DNA of 64,000 bases from Lachnospiraceae bacterium (lineage in GTDB: Bacteria > Bacillota > Clostridia > Lachnospirales > Lachnospiraceae), in assembly GCA_009774345.1 (NCBI GenBank), contig VSNR01000002.1, positions 4,605-68,604 of the forward strand. The letters are read 5' to 3'. The translations under genes were made by a program, and so were the position numbers. This document shows, one piece after another, positions 1-9,684 of the stretch (the stretch's first letter is position 1; each line of letters begins with the position of its first letter). A model generated the notes under the pieces. It was not told the DNA's origin. It did no database searches and saw only the letters and a program-made list of their open reading frames with translations.

Positions 1-865
1 TGGCATAGACAGTATTGTATTCTTTGGCGTCTGCCCGCTGCATGATTTCCAGAAAGAGCGCCCTGTACGGTTCTTCCTGAATATAGGAGACCATGTCCTT
101 GTCCGCCAGATACAGCTCTGTACCAAGGATAAAGCTCGAATCCCCCGTGTGCGGTGCAAACGTTCCCCGCATCATGAGATTATAGCTGCAATCAATGAGC
201 TTCGTCCCCGCAAAGCCCGCAAGGCACACCAGCAGCGCACAGATGACCGCGCGCAGAACGCCCCTGCTTCTCCAAAAGGCAAAAACCACCACGACAAACA
301 AAATCACCAGCGTGATCAGCATATGTTTGCGGATACTGATGAGTGCCACAGACCAGATGACCGCGCCCGCCATACTGCGCAGCTTCTCCCTCTTGCCGCT
401 GTGATACAGGATGCCCAACAGACACAGAAAATAGAAAATCCACAGAGAATAGCTCAGCCCTTCCGTCTCAATGCTGTTAAAATAGCTGTACCTGCGCTGG
501 GCGACAAAGCGGTTTAACAGCGTGATGCCATACTGTACCAATAATACCCCCATACTGCCAAGCCCGTTCAGCGCAAAAAATTTTGTGAGCTGTACTGTCA
601 CCGCACACGCTGCCAGCGCCGCCACAATGCACTGGACAATCACGGCGGCATGCAGTGAAAGCGCCGTGCCAAAAACCGCCCGAAACAGCCACAGATACAG
701 GCAGTATCCCGGTTCCCGGTCGCTCTGCATATGGATGTACGACGGCGCATCCTCCGTCAGAATAATGCCGTCAAGCAAGTACCAGACCAGATAAAAAGCG
801 AGACTGACTGCAAACAGTATGAAGATTTTGATATGATTGTTGACCTGTTTATTATGCTGTCTCAA
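1..865 (-). CDS. Polytopic membrane protein, putative GT-C-fold glycosyltransferase (runs off the window edge; absent from the ORF track)
   Basis: Manual translation from TTG at 865 (AGGAGG RBS, TTGA overlap with the upstream stop): MRQHNKQVNNHIKIFILFAVSLAFYLVWYLLDGIILTEDAPSYIHMQSDREPGYCLYLWLFR...NSIETEGLSYSLW...; open to position 1. Shares REPGY and TEG motifs with 5778..7241. Confidence 0.75.
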   Translation of the reverse strand, partial: MRQHNKQVNNHIKIFILFAVSLAFYLVWYLLDGIILTEDAPSYIHMQSDREPGYCLYLWLFRAVFGTALSLHAAVIVQCIVAALAACAVTVQLTKFFALNGLGSMGVLLVQYGITLLNRFVAQRRYSYFNSIETEGLSYSLWIFYFLCLLGILYHSGKREKLRSMAGAVIWSVALISIRKHMLITLVILFVVVVFAFWRSRGVLRAVICALLVCLAGFAGTKLIDCSYNLMMRGTFAPHTGDSSFILGTELYLADKDMVSYIQEEPYRALFLEIMQRADAKEYNTVYA

Positions 866-2043
866 GATACATCCTCCTGAATCAAGTCCCTGACCGCGCA
901 CAGATACCGCTCCATGCCAAACGCCTCCGCCCGCGACTTGGCTGACGCCTGATACCGCTGATAGAGCGCCTCATCGGTAAACAGCGCAACCAGCAAATCC
1001 GCAAAGCGCCGCTCCTCTGCGCTGACGGACTCCGCCCGCAAATCCTTCTCCCCGCTAAATACGCCGGCCAATATGCCATAATCCGCATAATAGGTCTGAT
1101 TCCCGTCCTTGCAGGTCTCATACGCCTCATGCAGAATCTCAGCAGGTCCCGTGAGACAGTTCACGCTCACGCAGGGCAGGCCGACCGCCATCGCTTCGAT
1201 GAGCGCGTTTGGAAATCCCTCGCTCTGTGAGGTCAGCGCATACGCATCCGCCTTTCGAAGCAGAGCAAAAGGATTGGACTGCACGCCGGTAAATAAAACG
1301 GCATCCTGCATCCCAAGCTCCCCTGCAAGTTTCCTGTACGCCTCATAGCGCCCCTCCCCGATAATCATGAGTCTGAGATTCAAATCCGGTGCCTTCTTTC
1401 GCGCGAGCGCTGCCGCCTTGATAAGATGCCAGAACCCCTTGACATCGTGTTCTCTGCCCATAGACGCCACGATTTTGCCCGGCTGTGCAAAGAAAGCGTC
1501 AAATTCCGGTGCTGTACTGCACAGCGACAGCTCCCGGATTTCCTGAATGTCACAGGGATTGTACACCGCCGCTGAGCTCTTAGGATGAAACTGGCGGCTG
1601 ATCTCCTGCTCCATCACCCGCGTGCAGCTGATCACCCGGTCTGCCAGCCTGCACAGAAGCCTCATCGAAGCCTTGCTGCCAAGCGCGCCATATCCCCGCA
1701 CGCCCACCCAAGTAATGTCCTTTTGCTTTGACAGCACATTGACCAGATTCGCCGTCGGCCCAAAGCTGTAGCTTAGCTGCGTGCGCAGCCTTTTTTTTAA
1801 CTGCCGCACGCGCCGCACGCGCTTTGCGACATTGAGCGCTTTGCCAAATCTCCCCTGCACTGCGCCCAGATGGAGGTCCGTCATCGCCACGCCCGACACA
1901 TCGTAGATCATCCCCGCTGTGTTAAAGACAACCAGATGCACATCGTACAGATCTTTTAAAAGCCGCGCTGTCGCCGCGCAGACCCGCTCAAGCCCGCCTT
2001 GGTCTAACATAGGAACGATGAGCATAATTCTTTTTTTATCCAA
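862..2043 (-). CDS. GT4 family glycosyltransferase
   Basis: N-terminal GGLERV; C-terminal EGFPNALIEAMAVG (EX7E motif). Confidence 0.9.
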   Translation of the reverse strand: MDKKRIMLIVPMLDQGGLERVCAATARLLKDLYDVHLVVFNTAGMIYDVSGVAMTDLHLGAVQGRFGKALNVAKRVRRVRQLKKRLRTQLSYSFGPTANLVNVLSKQKDITWVGVRGYGALGSKASMRLLCRLADRVISCTRVMEQEISRQFHPKSSAAVYNPCDIQEIRELSLCSTAPEFDAFFAQPGKIVASMGREHDVKGFWHLIKAAALARKKAPDLNLRLMIIGEGRYEAYRKLAGELGMQDAVLFTGVQSNPFALLRKADAYALTSQSEGFPNALIEAMAVGLPCVSVNCLTGPAEILHEAYETCKDGNQTYYADYGILAGVFSGEKDLRAESVSAEERRFADLLVALFTDEALYQRYQASAKSRAEAFGMERYLCAVRDLIQEDVS

Positions 2044-2044
2044 T

Positions 2045-2845
2045 TCAATTCACTCTCTTCATCAACCGCATTGCTGCCACCGCAAGTTTTCCAAGCAGCG
2101 TATTGCCTGCAAACACATTATAATAAGTAATCTTGTCCCCTCCGAATTTCAGCTTGAACTCATCAATGCCGTTTGGATTGTCAAAATCCGAGATTCCGCC
2201 CCAGTCATAGCGAAGCAGTCCCTTTTTCTTGAAATACAGGATATCCTCCCAGTGGAGCCGCTTGTTGGCGCGCCCAATCATGGACTGGTCTGCACTCTCC
2301 TCGCGGAAGCACGAAGCGGAATGCAGAAGTCTTGCATCGGTAGCATCACAGATATAAGAGTGAAAGACGATCATTTCCCCCTCATGCCACACGGCGGAGA
2401 ACAGGATGCCGTCCGCCTCAAGATACTTCTGTATTGCAGACACATTGAGCTTGGTATCCGAGCCCTTAGACTGGTACATCCGCTCATAGATGTCCGCGAA
2501 GGTCTCCATCAGCTCCGGCGACTGCCCGATCTCCTTCTTGGTGTAGAACCGAATCTCAATCTGGTCCTTCTCACTTCTGCGGAACTGATACCGCACTGCC
2601 TTGTTGACTGCCGCCAGCATCTCCTCCTCGGATCTGGTAAGATCATTCATACAGGTGTGATACTCCTGCCAGCCGCGAAAACGCCCCTTTGTCTCCTCAA
2701 ACGGCACACCGTGCACAAACAGGATATCCGCCTTGCGCCGCTGCCCAAGCAGCCCGGTTATGGATGCCGTTCCCGGATACCAGATTTGATTCACCTGCAA
2801 ATATAAATTCTGTACGATTTTTTTCCGATAACTAACGTCTATCAC
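2045..2845 (-). CDS. FemAB/GNAT-fold protein, putative aminoacyl- or acyltransferase
   Basis: C-terminal ANKRLHWEDILYFKKKGLLRYDWGG...GIDEFKLKFGG matches the FemABX-like signature. Confidence 0.7.
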   Translation of the reverse strand: MIDVSYRKKIVQNLYLQVNQIWYPGTASITGLLGQRRKADILFVHGVPFEETKGRFRGWQEYHTCMNDLTRSEEEMLAAVNKAVRYQFRRSEKDQIEIRFYTKKEIGQSPELMETFADIYERMYQSKGSDTKLNVSAIQKYLEADGILFSAVWHEGEMIVFHSYICDATDARLLHSASCFREESADQSMIGRANKRLHWEDILYFKKKGLLRYDWGGISDFDNPNGIDEFKLKFGGDKITYYNVFAGNTLLGKLAVAAMRLMKRVN

Positions 2846-2851
2846 GCTCTA

Positions 2852-4036
2852 TCACCTGCCTTTTTTATCAAAACTCCTGTACGGTGTCACATGCCCCGGC
2901 GGATTTACGCCGCTGATATAAAATGCCTCCATCGCCGCCGCCTGCTGCCGCACATCAAATCCTTTGTCCCGAAATATCTTCTCGATCGTCCCGCTGTGTT
3001 CCTCCCTGTGCAATGCCTTCTTGGCATTTCGCATAATCTCGCTCGCCCAGCCAGCAGGCGGCTCCTCGATGCTCTTGTAGACCGCAAGGTCTGTGAGCGC
3101 CGCCTCCCTCGTCACCTGATCGGAGACAAGGCACTGCAAACCTGCCGCCTGCGCCTCCACCACACTGCCCGGCAGTCCCTCAAAGACAGACGGAAAGACA
3201 AAATAGTCAAACGCCTGATAATACCGCTCCACATCAAAGCGGTTTCCCAGAAAGACCACCCTGTCCGACAATCCAAGCGTCCGTACCTTGTCCCGGACTG
3301 CGCCCTCAAGCTCTCCCTTTCCGATCAGCACCAGCGCCGCATCGTCGCGCATTTTGCACAGCTCTGCAAAAATATCAACTAAGTAACTGTGATTTTTCAT
3401 AAAGCCAAATCTGCCCACATGCCCGATGACAAACTTGTCGGCAAGCCCAAGCTCGCTGCGCACCTGACTGCGCACAGAAGCATCAAACAAAAACCGCTTG
3501 GTATCAATTGCATTGGGGATGGTCCATACCTTCCCCTGCTGCACCCACGCCCTGCCATAGACTGCCTCGCCCGCCTCCGCAGAGCAGGTAAAGCAGTAAT
3601 CCGCCCTGTATTTTAGCGGTGCGCGGACAATCTTTGTCACCATTCCCTTGAGCCCCCGGTCCACGCCGGCGCTCCGCGCGTGGGCGATTGTCACGGGAAT
3701 GCCCGCCTTCTTGGCAATCGGCAGATAAAACGCCGCAGTGCTGGTCATATGCCCCTGCACCGCCGCAAACGCGTGATGCTCCTGAAAAAACCGCCGAAGC
3801 GCCCTCTTGTAAGCAGACAGATTCAGCCCCCGAAAGCGCGGGACAGCATAAATCCTGCCGCCAAGACTCCGAATCTCCTGATCGTACTGTCCTTCTTTTT
3901 CTGTGTGCACGAGGAAATCAAACTGTACCTTCGTCCGGTCTAACGCGCGGTAAAGCTCCATCACCCTGCTCTCCGCGCCGCCAAGATTCGTCGTCCCCAG
4001 CACATTCAACACCCTCACTGGATTGGTCTGCATCAT
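2852..4036 (-). CDS. GT4 family glycosyltransferase (Cap1E/EpsF-like)
   Basis: Start reassigned to MMQTNPVRVL (ATGA overlap with the upstream stop); GGAESRV, GHVGRF, EGLPGSVVEAQAAG. Confidence 0.9.
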   Translation of the reverse strand: MMQTNPVRVLNVLGTTNLGGAESRVMELYRALDRTKVQFDFLVHTEKEGQYDQEIRSLGGRIYAVPRFRGLNLSAYKRALRRFFQEHHAFAAVQGHMTSTAAFYLPIAKKAGIPVTIAHARSAGVDRGLKGMVTKIVRAPLKYRADYCFTCSAEAGEAVYGRAWVQQGKVWTIPNAIDTKRFLFDASVRSQVRSELGLADKFVIGHVGRFGFMKNHSYLVDIFAELCKMRDDAALVLIGKGELEGAVRDKVRTLGLSDRVVFLGNRFDVERYYQAFDYFVFPSVFEGLPGSVVEAQAAGLQCLVSDQVTREAALTDLAVYKSIEEPPAGWASEIMRNAKKALHREEHSGTIEKIFRDKGFDVRQQAAAMEAFYISGVNPPGHVTPYRSFDKKGR

Positions 4037-4812
4037 TTTTTGTTTTTTCCTTTTCCCCTTCTGTTCTTCAGATTGACGAGCACAAACTTGGCAAGCGCCA
4101 TCCAATACTCCTTCCAATGTCCAAACACACTGCGCCCTACGGGCTCCACCCTGACAAGCTCCCGATAGGAAACCAGCCTGTCGCGGCAATCCGCAAAAAG
4201 CTGCTCATACCGCTCAAAATCCCTGTCCTCCATCGTGTTTGCATGGACGACAAAGGTCGTATAACCCTGCTTGTCCATCTTTTTGAGGACACTCCCCTGA
4301 CGGTAGGAAATCGGATAAAAGACCATGCCCCACCTGATATATGGTCTGTCCCCAAAGCCGTCCGTCATCCTGTGAAATCCCAGTTTTTTGAGTGCTTTTA
4401 TTGTATTTTTGTCAAAGGAGTGCGCAGGCGCCATAAAAAGATCTGTGTCAATGCCGTGTGCCGAGAGAATCTTCCTGCCTTCCTTCAAGGATTCGTACTG
4501 TTGTTTGTAGCTTCTCCCTGCAAACTCCGAAAGCCGGTTGAGCGGGAAACAGCCCATTTTTTTGGTGTAGTACACATGCGTGACCCCATGCTGTGCAATC
4601 GTCCAGCCCTCGTCCTTTAGTGTTTTCAGATAATCCCAGAAAGCTGCCGAAGAAATCTCGGGCTCATCAATATGAAGCATCGCATCCTGACAGTCTGGCA
4701 CGACCCCTATAAGCGGCTGAACCTGATACAGATCGCAAAGCGCCTTAAACCGCATAAACTTCGCCCAATCCATATCAGGTGTGACATCATCCATCCGTAT
4801 ACTAATCTTCAT
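4033..4812 (-). CDS. Polysaccharide deacetylase-like protein (DUF2334 / NodB-like)
   Basis: Start reassigned to MKISIRMDD; RMDD, QHGVTH, SEFAG and FMAPAH motifs. Confidence 0.8.
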   Translation of the reverse strand: MKISIRMDDVTPDMDWAKFMRFKALCDLYQVQPLIGVVPDCQDAMLHIDEPEISSAAFWDYLKTLKDEGWTIAQHGVTHVYYTKKMGCFPLNRLSEFAGRSYKQQYESLKEGRKILSAHGIDTDLFMAPAHSFDKNTIKALKKLGFHRMTDGFGDRPYIRWGMVFYPISYRQGSVLKKMDKQGYTTFVVHANTMEDRDFERYEQLFADCRDRLVSYRELVRVEPVGRSVFGHWKEYWMALAKFVLVNLKNRRGKGKNKK

Positions 4813-4813
4813 G

Positions 4814-5788
4814 TTATAAATTTTCCTTATACCAGTCAATCGCAAGCGCGATGCCCTGCTCAAAGTCATATTCAGGACAGTATCCCAAAAGCTCCTTTGC
4901 CTTGGAAATATCTGCGTTTGAATGCTTGATATCGCCCGCGCGGTCCGGCCCGAAATGAGGCTCCACCTGCTTGCCAAGCGCCTTGCACAGATCATAATAA
5001 ATATCAATCAAATACTCCCGCCCGCCGTAAGCGATATTGAACGCCTGACCAGCCGCGTCGCTTGGCGCCAGACACGCCTTGAAATTCGCCTCAATGACAT
5101 TATCAATATAAGTGAAATCCCTCGACTGCCTGCCGTCGCCGTTGATCGTGGGCACCTCGCCGTCGAGCAGCTGTTTGATAAATTTGGGAATCACGGCCGC
5201 ATACGCGCCGTTGGGGTCCTGCCTGCGCCCAAATACATTAAAATAGCGAAGTCCATAGGTGTCTAGATGGTAGAGTGACTTGTACAGCCTGCCATACTCC
5301 TCATTGGTGCGCTTCGTCAGGGCATAGGGCGAGAGCAGATTCCCCTCCTGTCCCTCTTTCTTTGGCAGCACAGGATGATCGCCGTAGACAGACGAGCTCG
5401 ACGCATAGACAAATTTTTCGACGCCGTTTTGTCTTGCCGCCTCCATCATATTCAGCGTGCCCATGATATTATTCTGCTCATAAAAGAGCGGCATCTCAAT
5501 ACTGCGCGGCACCGAGCCCCACGCCGCCTGATGCATCACATAGCGAACGCCCTCGCAGGCTTTCATACAGGTGTCCAAATCCTTGATATCGCCCTTGATA
5601 AACGTGTAGTTTGACCTGTCCATGAACATTTTGACATTCTCCTCCCTGCCCGTGGAGAGATCGTCCAGCGCCCGCACCTGATACCCCAGATCTGTCAGCG
5701 CCTCACACAGATTTGAACCGATAAAACCGGCTGCACCCGTCACCAGAAATACACTGTCCTTCTCAAACTTTAACTCTTTATATCCCAT
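4814..5788 (-). CDS. UDP-GlcNAc(A) 4-epimerase, WbpP/TviC-like SDR
   Basis: GAAGFIGS, HQAAWGSVPRS, YALTK, LRYFNVFG, YAAVIPKF; start at MGYKELK with AAGGA RBS. Confidence 0.9.
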   Translation of the reverse strand: MGYKELKFEKDSVFLVTGAAGFIGSNLCEALTDLGYQVRALDDLSTGREENVKMFMDRSNYTFIKGDIKDLDTCMKACEGVRYVMHQAAWGSVPRSIEMPLFYEQNNIMGTLNMMEAARQNGVEKFVYASSSSVYGDHPVLPKKEGQEGNLLSPYALTKRTNEEYGRLYKSLYHLDTYGLRYFNVFGRRQDPNGAYAAVIPKFIKQLLDGEVPTINGDGRQSRDFTYIDNVIEANFKACLAPSDAAGQAFNIAYGGREYLIDIYYDLCKALGKQVEPHFGPDRAGDIKHSNADISKAKELLGYCPEYDFEQGIALAIDWYKENL

Positions 5789-7241
5789 CTTTATTCCTTT
5801 CCATAAATCGAAAAACGCCATCCCTCAGCTCCAAAAATCCCGCCATGTAAAACAGCGGCAGATTGTAGATCATATACCTCGAGATACACTGTATCATCAG
5901 CGCTGTCGCACAGACATTCCCTGCGATCGTCAACAGCACAGCCGCCATAAAGGACGCCGCCCTGCTCTGCGGCGACTGCCGCCACAATAATAGTGTCAGC
6001 ACCACCGCCGCAGCATAGAGAAACACCGCATACCACACAAGCACAGGATGCTCATACGCCACCGTCCTGACAAACCCCAGCGCTGCCACACTGAAATAAT
6101 TCAGTATGTATCTGCCAAGCACTTGCGGCATCAATTGTGCGGAGAGTGTCCCGGCAACCTCGTCAACTGCAATCATCAGCTCCTGATATCGGTCTGGGTA
6201 AATGTTCTTGGTCTCGCCTATATACCGTTTTGCCGGTTCTGCAAAATAGATAAAATTCAAATCATCATGGCACTGCTCATGATGCGCTGCCCTGCCAAGT
6301 ATGCCAGACGGCGCATATTTATAATTCATCTGGTCTGCGTCCGCGCTGTCATACATCTCATAAAAGAGCGCCCGCAGCGCATCGTCCTCAATCGCCGCGC
6401 CGTCCTCCCGGTCCGCCACATACAGGACATTGGCAAAGGACATGGCAGTTCCAGACGCCGTATCCACAAACAAGCCCTGCTCACAGTAATTATACACATG
6501 AATCACGAGGCTTCTGGCTGCAAACACAATAATAAACGCCGCTATCATCGCCATCAGCCCCTGCCTGCCTATATTTTCCGCTAACACAAAAGTATTATTG
6601 CGCTCTCCCATCTTCTCATTCTCCTGCACGCCGCGGATGACGGTCAGGACAAACATCAGCAGAAACCACACCACAAACAGCACCATCATCTGGCCGCGGA
6701 TGAGCGACAGGACAAAAAGTCCTACAAGCGCACAAATGCTCTCTCTCCCCATCGGTCTGCCAGACCACATCGCGCGAAGCAATTGTATAAAGGCAAGCGG
6801 ATACAGTGAGAATAAAATCCCCTCAGTCATCAAGGCGTTGGTGAGCACCAGATGCGTGCTTGAAAACATCGGGGTCATGATATGCGGCACAAGCAAAATC
6901 CCCGTGAATACGCACACCCCCGGCATTCCCAGCCCAAAGCGCCTGCGCATAAACACCACCACTGCCGTGTTTGCCGCCGCTGCCAGCAGATTCTGCAACG
7001 CGATCAGTATCCAGTAATGCCGCTTAGGAGACAGAAAGCGCAAAAACTGTATTAACAGTGCATAGCCCGGCTCGCGCATAATCATCTGGTTTTCGTGCTG
7101 AAAGGTATCCCCGGTGTAGACAGGCTCCCCCGTAAACAGCAAATACGCAAAAAATACCGCAAAGACCGCGCCAGCTAGGATGTCCTGTAACTGCAACGAA
7201 ATTTTTCTATTTTTATTTCTTAATCTGAACCTCAAGATCAT
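5778..7241 (-). CDS. Polytopic membrane protein, putative GT-C-fold glycosyltransferase
   Basis: Many hydrophobic segments; first-loop GDT...REPGY, LMTEGIL, C-terminal SRY; ATGA overlap with the upstream stop; paralogue of 1..865. Confidence 0.65.
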   Translation of the reverse strand: MILRFRLRNKNRKISLQLQDILAGAVFAVFFAYLLFTGEPVYTGDTFQHENQMIMREPGYALLIQFLRFLSPKRHYWILIALQNLLAAAANTAVVVFMRRRFGLGMPGVCVFTGILLVPHIMTPMFSSTHLVLTNALMTEGILFSLYPLAFIQLLRAMWSGRPMGRESICALVGLFVLSLIRGQMMVLFVVWFLLMFVLTVIRGVQENEKMGERNNTFVLAENIGRQGLMAMIAAFIIVFAARSLVIHVYNYCEQGLFVDTASGTAMSFANVLYVADREDGAAIEDDALRALFYEMYDSADADQMNYKYAPSGILGRAAHHEQCHDDLNFIYFAEPAKRYIGETKNIYPDRYQELMIAVDEVAGTLSAQLMPQVLGRYILNYFSVAALGFVRTVAYEHPVLVWYAVFLYAAAVVLTLLLWRQSPQSRAASFMAAVLLTIAGNVCATALMIQCISRYMIYNLPLFYMAGFLELRDGVFRFMERNKDGI

Positions 7242-8554
7242 AATCTCCAATAAATATAGCCTGCGTCAGTATACGCCTTTTTATCCAAAATCCCTTTCAA
7301 ATCCGTCAGCACCTTCGCCTTCCCACGGTCTGCATAGAGCACATCCATGTCTGCCATCTCAAGAGAGCGGTACGCGTCATGTGCGACTGCCAGAATGACC
7401 GCATCACAGTCCCGGATTTCCTTCATCGGCGTAAACTCAATGCCATACAGGCGTTTTGCCTCCCCGGCATCGGCATTGTCGTCTGTCACCTGCGCGGTGA
7501 TGCCATACTCCTTTAATTCATTGTAAATGTCAATGATTTTCGTATTTCTCGTATCAGGGCAGTTCTCCTTGAAGGTAAAGCCAAGGATTGCCACCTTCGC
7601 GCTCTTTACCGGAATATCCGCTTTGATCAGATTCTTGACCAGCGTCTCCGCCACATATTTGCCCATATCGTCATTGATGCGGCGCCCAGAGAGGATAATC
7701 TGGGAGTGATAGCCAAGCTGCTCCGCCTTGTAAGTCAGATAATACGGGTCCACGCCAATACAGTGTCCGCCGACAAGCCCCGGCTGGAAATTGAGGAAAT
7801 TCCATTTCGTCCCCGCCGCCTCAAGCACAGACTTGGTGTCAATCCCCATTTTATTAAAAATAATCGAAAGCTCATTCATGAACGCAATATTGATATCACG
7901 CTGGCTGTTCTCGATCACCTTTGCCGCCTCCGCGACTTTGATCGACTCTGCGCGGTACACGCCCGCCTCCACCACCAGCTCATACACATGGGCGATCTCC
8001 TCTAACGTCTCCGCGTCCATGCCCGACACAATCTTTGTGATCGTCTCTAGGCGGTGCACCTTATCGCCCGGGTTAATGCGCTCCGGCGAATAGCCGATCT
8101 TAAAATCCACACCGCATTTTAACCCCGATTCCCGCTCGAGAATCGGCACGCAGATGTCCTCTGTGACTCCGGGATAGACCGTAGACTCAAACACGACAAT
8201 CGAGCCTTTTGTCAGATTCTGGCCCAGAATGCGGCTTGCCCCCTCAACGGGTGTCAAATCAGGCGTGTGATCGTCATTGACCGGCGTCGGCACCGCCACA
8301 ATATGAAATTTTGCCTCGCGCAGCTTTGACGGGTCTGCTGTAAAAGCGACCTTTGTCGTCCTGATCACCTCGTTGCCCACCTCATTCGTAGGGTCCACCC
8401 CCGACTGGTAGAGCGCGATCTTAGCCGCGTTTAAGTCAAAGCCCACGACCTGAATTTTTCGCGCAAATGCGACAGCGATCGGCATTCCCACATAGCCAAG
8501 CCCCACCAAGGACAGCTTTTCTTTCCCACTTACAATCTCTTCATATAAGCTCAT
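7238..8554 (-). CDS. UDP-N-acetylhexosamine 6-dehydrogenase (TviB/WbpO-like)
   Basis: GLGYVG, ESTVYPG, SPERINPG, GGHCIGVDP, FKENCPDTRN. Confidence 0.92.
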   Translation of the reverse strand: MSLYEEIVSGKEKLSLVGLGYVGMPIAVAFARKIQVVGFDLNAAKIALYQSGVDPTNEVGNEVIRTTKVAFTADPSKLREAKFHIVAVPTPVNDDHTPDLTPVEGASRILGQNLTKGSIVVFESTVYPGVTEDICVPILERESGLKCGVDFKIGYSPERINPGDKVHRLETITKIVSGMDAETLEEIAHVYELVVEAGVYRAESIKVAEAAKVIENSQRDINIAFMNELSIIFNKMGIDTKSVLEAAGTKWNFLNFQPGLVGGHCIGVDPYYLTYKAEQLGYHSQIILSGRRINDDMGKYVAETLVKNLIKADIPVKSAKVAILGFTFKENCPDTRNTKIIDIYNELKEYGITAQVTDDNADAGEAKRLYGIEFTPMKEIRDCDAVILAVAHDAYRSLEMADMDVLYADRGKAKVLTDLKGILDKKAYTDAGYIYWRL

Positions 8555-8589
8555 TTTCCCATTTTCTCCTTTTTATTGAATCATGCATT

Positions 8590-9684
8590 TTATATTATTT
8601 TCTGAATCTCATCCATGTATGCCTGTACGACCTGTCTGCGGTCAAATTCCCGCTCCATTTTCGCGCGCGCATTCTTTCCCATCTGTGCCCGCTTCTCGTA
8701 AGAGAGTGCCATAAACCGCCGCAGCGCCTGCAAGAGCGCCTCCCGGTCGCGCGGCGCGAAGCCAAATCCTGTGACACCGTCCTCAAAGCCCTCCTCGCAT
8801 CCCGGAATCTGTGATGCGAGCACTGGCCGGCCGCTCGCCGCCGCCTCCAAGACCACGTTGGACATTCCTTCGTGATAGCTTGGCATCAGCACAGCACACG
8901 CCCTTTGATAAAACGGTGCAATGTCCTTTTGATAACTTATATGCCGCACAATGTTTTGTTTTTCATACGCCTCGATGCGCGCCTTATAGTCCTCCTCATA
9001 GCTGCCAACCAGCTCAAACACCACCGACGGATACTCCTTGTGAAGCTTCTCTGCCGCGTAGAGCAGTTCCTCCACGCCCTTCTCCCGCATCAGCCTGCCC
9101 ACATACAAAAACACCATGTCAGACGGCGCGGGATATTCCTTGCAGGCATGCCTGTCCAGATTGACCCCGGAGCCGGGCACCAGCCTTGTCTTTTTCCCGC
9201 GGATGCCATACTGTGCAAAAATCTCCTGATTCGTCTTATTCTGAAAAAAGATGCACTGCGCCTTTTTGAGTGCGCTTTTATATAAGAGCACGACGATCTT
9301 CTGCACCAGTCCCCCGTTCTCAAAGGCAGAGCCAAGCCCTGTGATATTGGCAAGGTACGGTATCCGCAAAAGCCGGCAGCACAGATTTCCATAAATATTG
9401 GGCTTGATCGTATAGGTGAGCACCACATCGGGCTTCACCTGCCGCATCAGCCGAAAATAATCGGCAAGCAGCCTAAGATCGCGCACCGGATTCACCCCGC
9501 GCCTGTCGATTTCAGTGTGAAAAACCTTACAGCCCTCGCGCGCAAGCTCGGGTGCCTTCTCCTCGTCGGGGAGGCTGACATAGACCTCATTTTCCTGCAA
9601 GAGTGCAAGCACCAATTCATTGCGAAAATCATATAATCCGCTCGCGGAATTGGCAAGTATCAATACTTTTCCCATAGTTTTCAT
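8590..9684 (-). CDS. GT4 family glycosyltransferase (PglA/CapM-like)
   Basis: YTIKPNIYG, PGSGVNL, GRLMREKG, EGMSNVVLEAAASG. Confidence 0.9.
   Translation of the reverse strand: MKTMGKVLILANSASGLYDFRNELVLALLQENEVYVSLPDEEKAPELAREGCKVFHTEIDRRGVNPVRDLRLLADYFRLMRQVKPDVVLTYTIKPNIYGNLCCRLLRIPYLANITGLGSAFENGGLVQKIVVLLYKSALKKAQCIFFQNKTNQEIFAQYGIRGKKTRLVPGSGVNLDRHACKEYPAPSDMVFLYVGRLMREKGVEELLYAAEKLHKEYPSVVFELVGSYEEDYKARIEAYEKQNIVRHISYQKDIAPFYQRACAVLMPSYHEGMSNVVLEAAASGRPVLASQIPGCEEGFEDGVTGFGFAPRDREALLQALRRFMALSYEKRAQMGKNARAKMEREFDRRQVVQAYMDEIQKII

Noticed and set aside
1791..1798. A8 tract in a GT4 gene as a phase-variation site
   Set aside because: Short, in frame (encodes Lys codons) and unremarkable; no long G/C tracts or invertible repeats were noticed.
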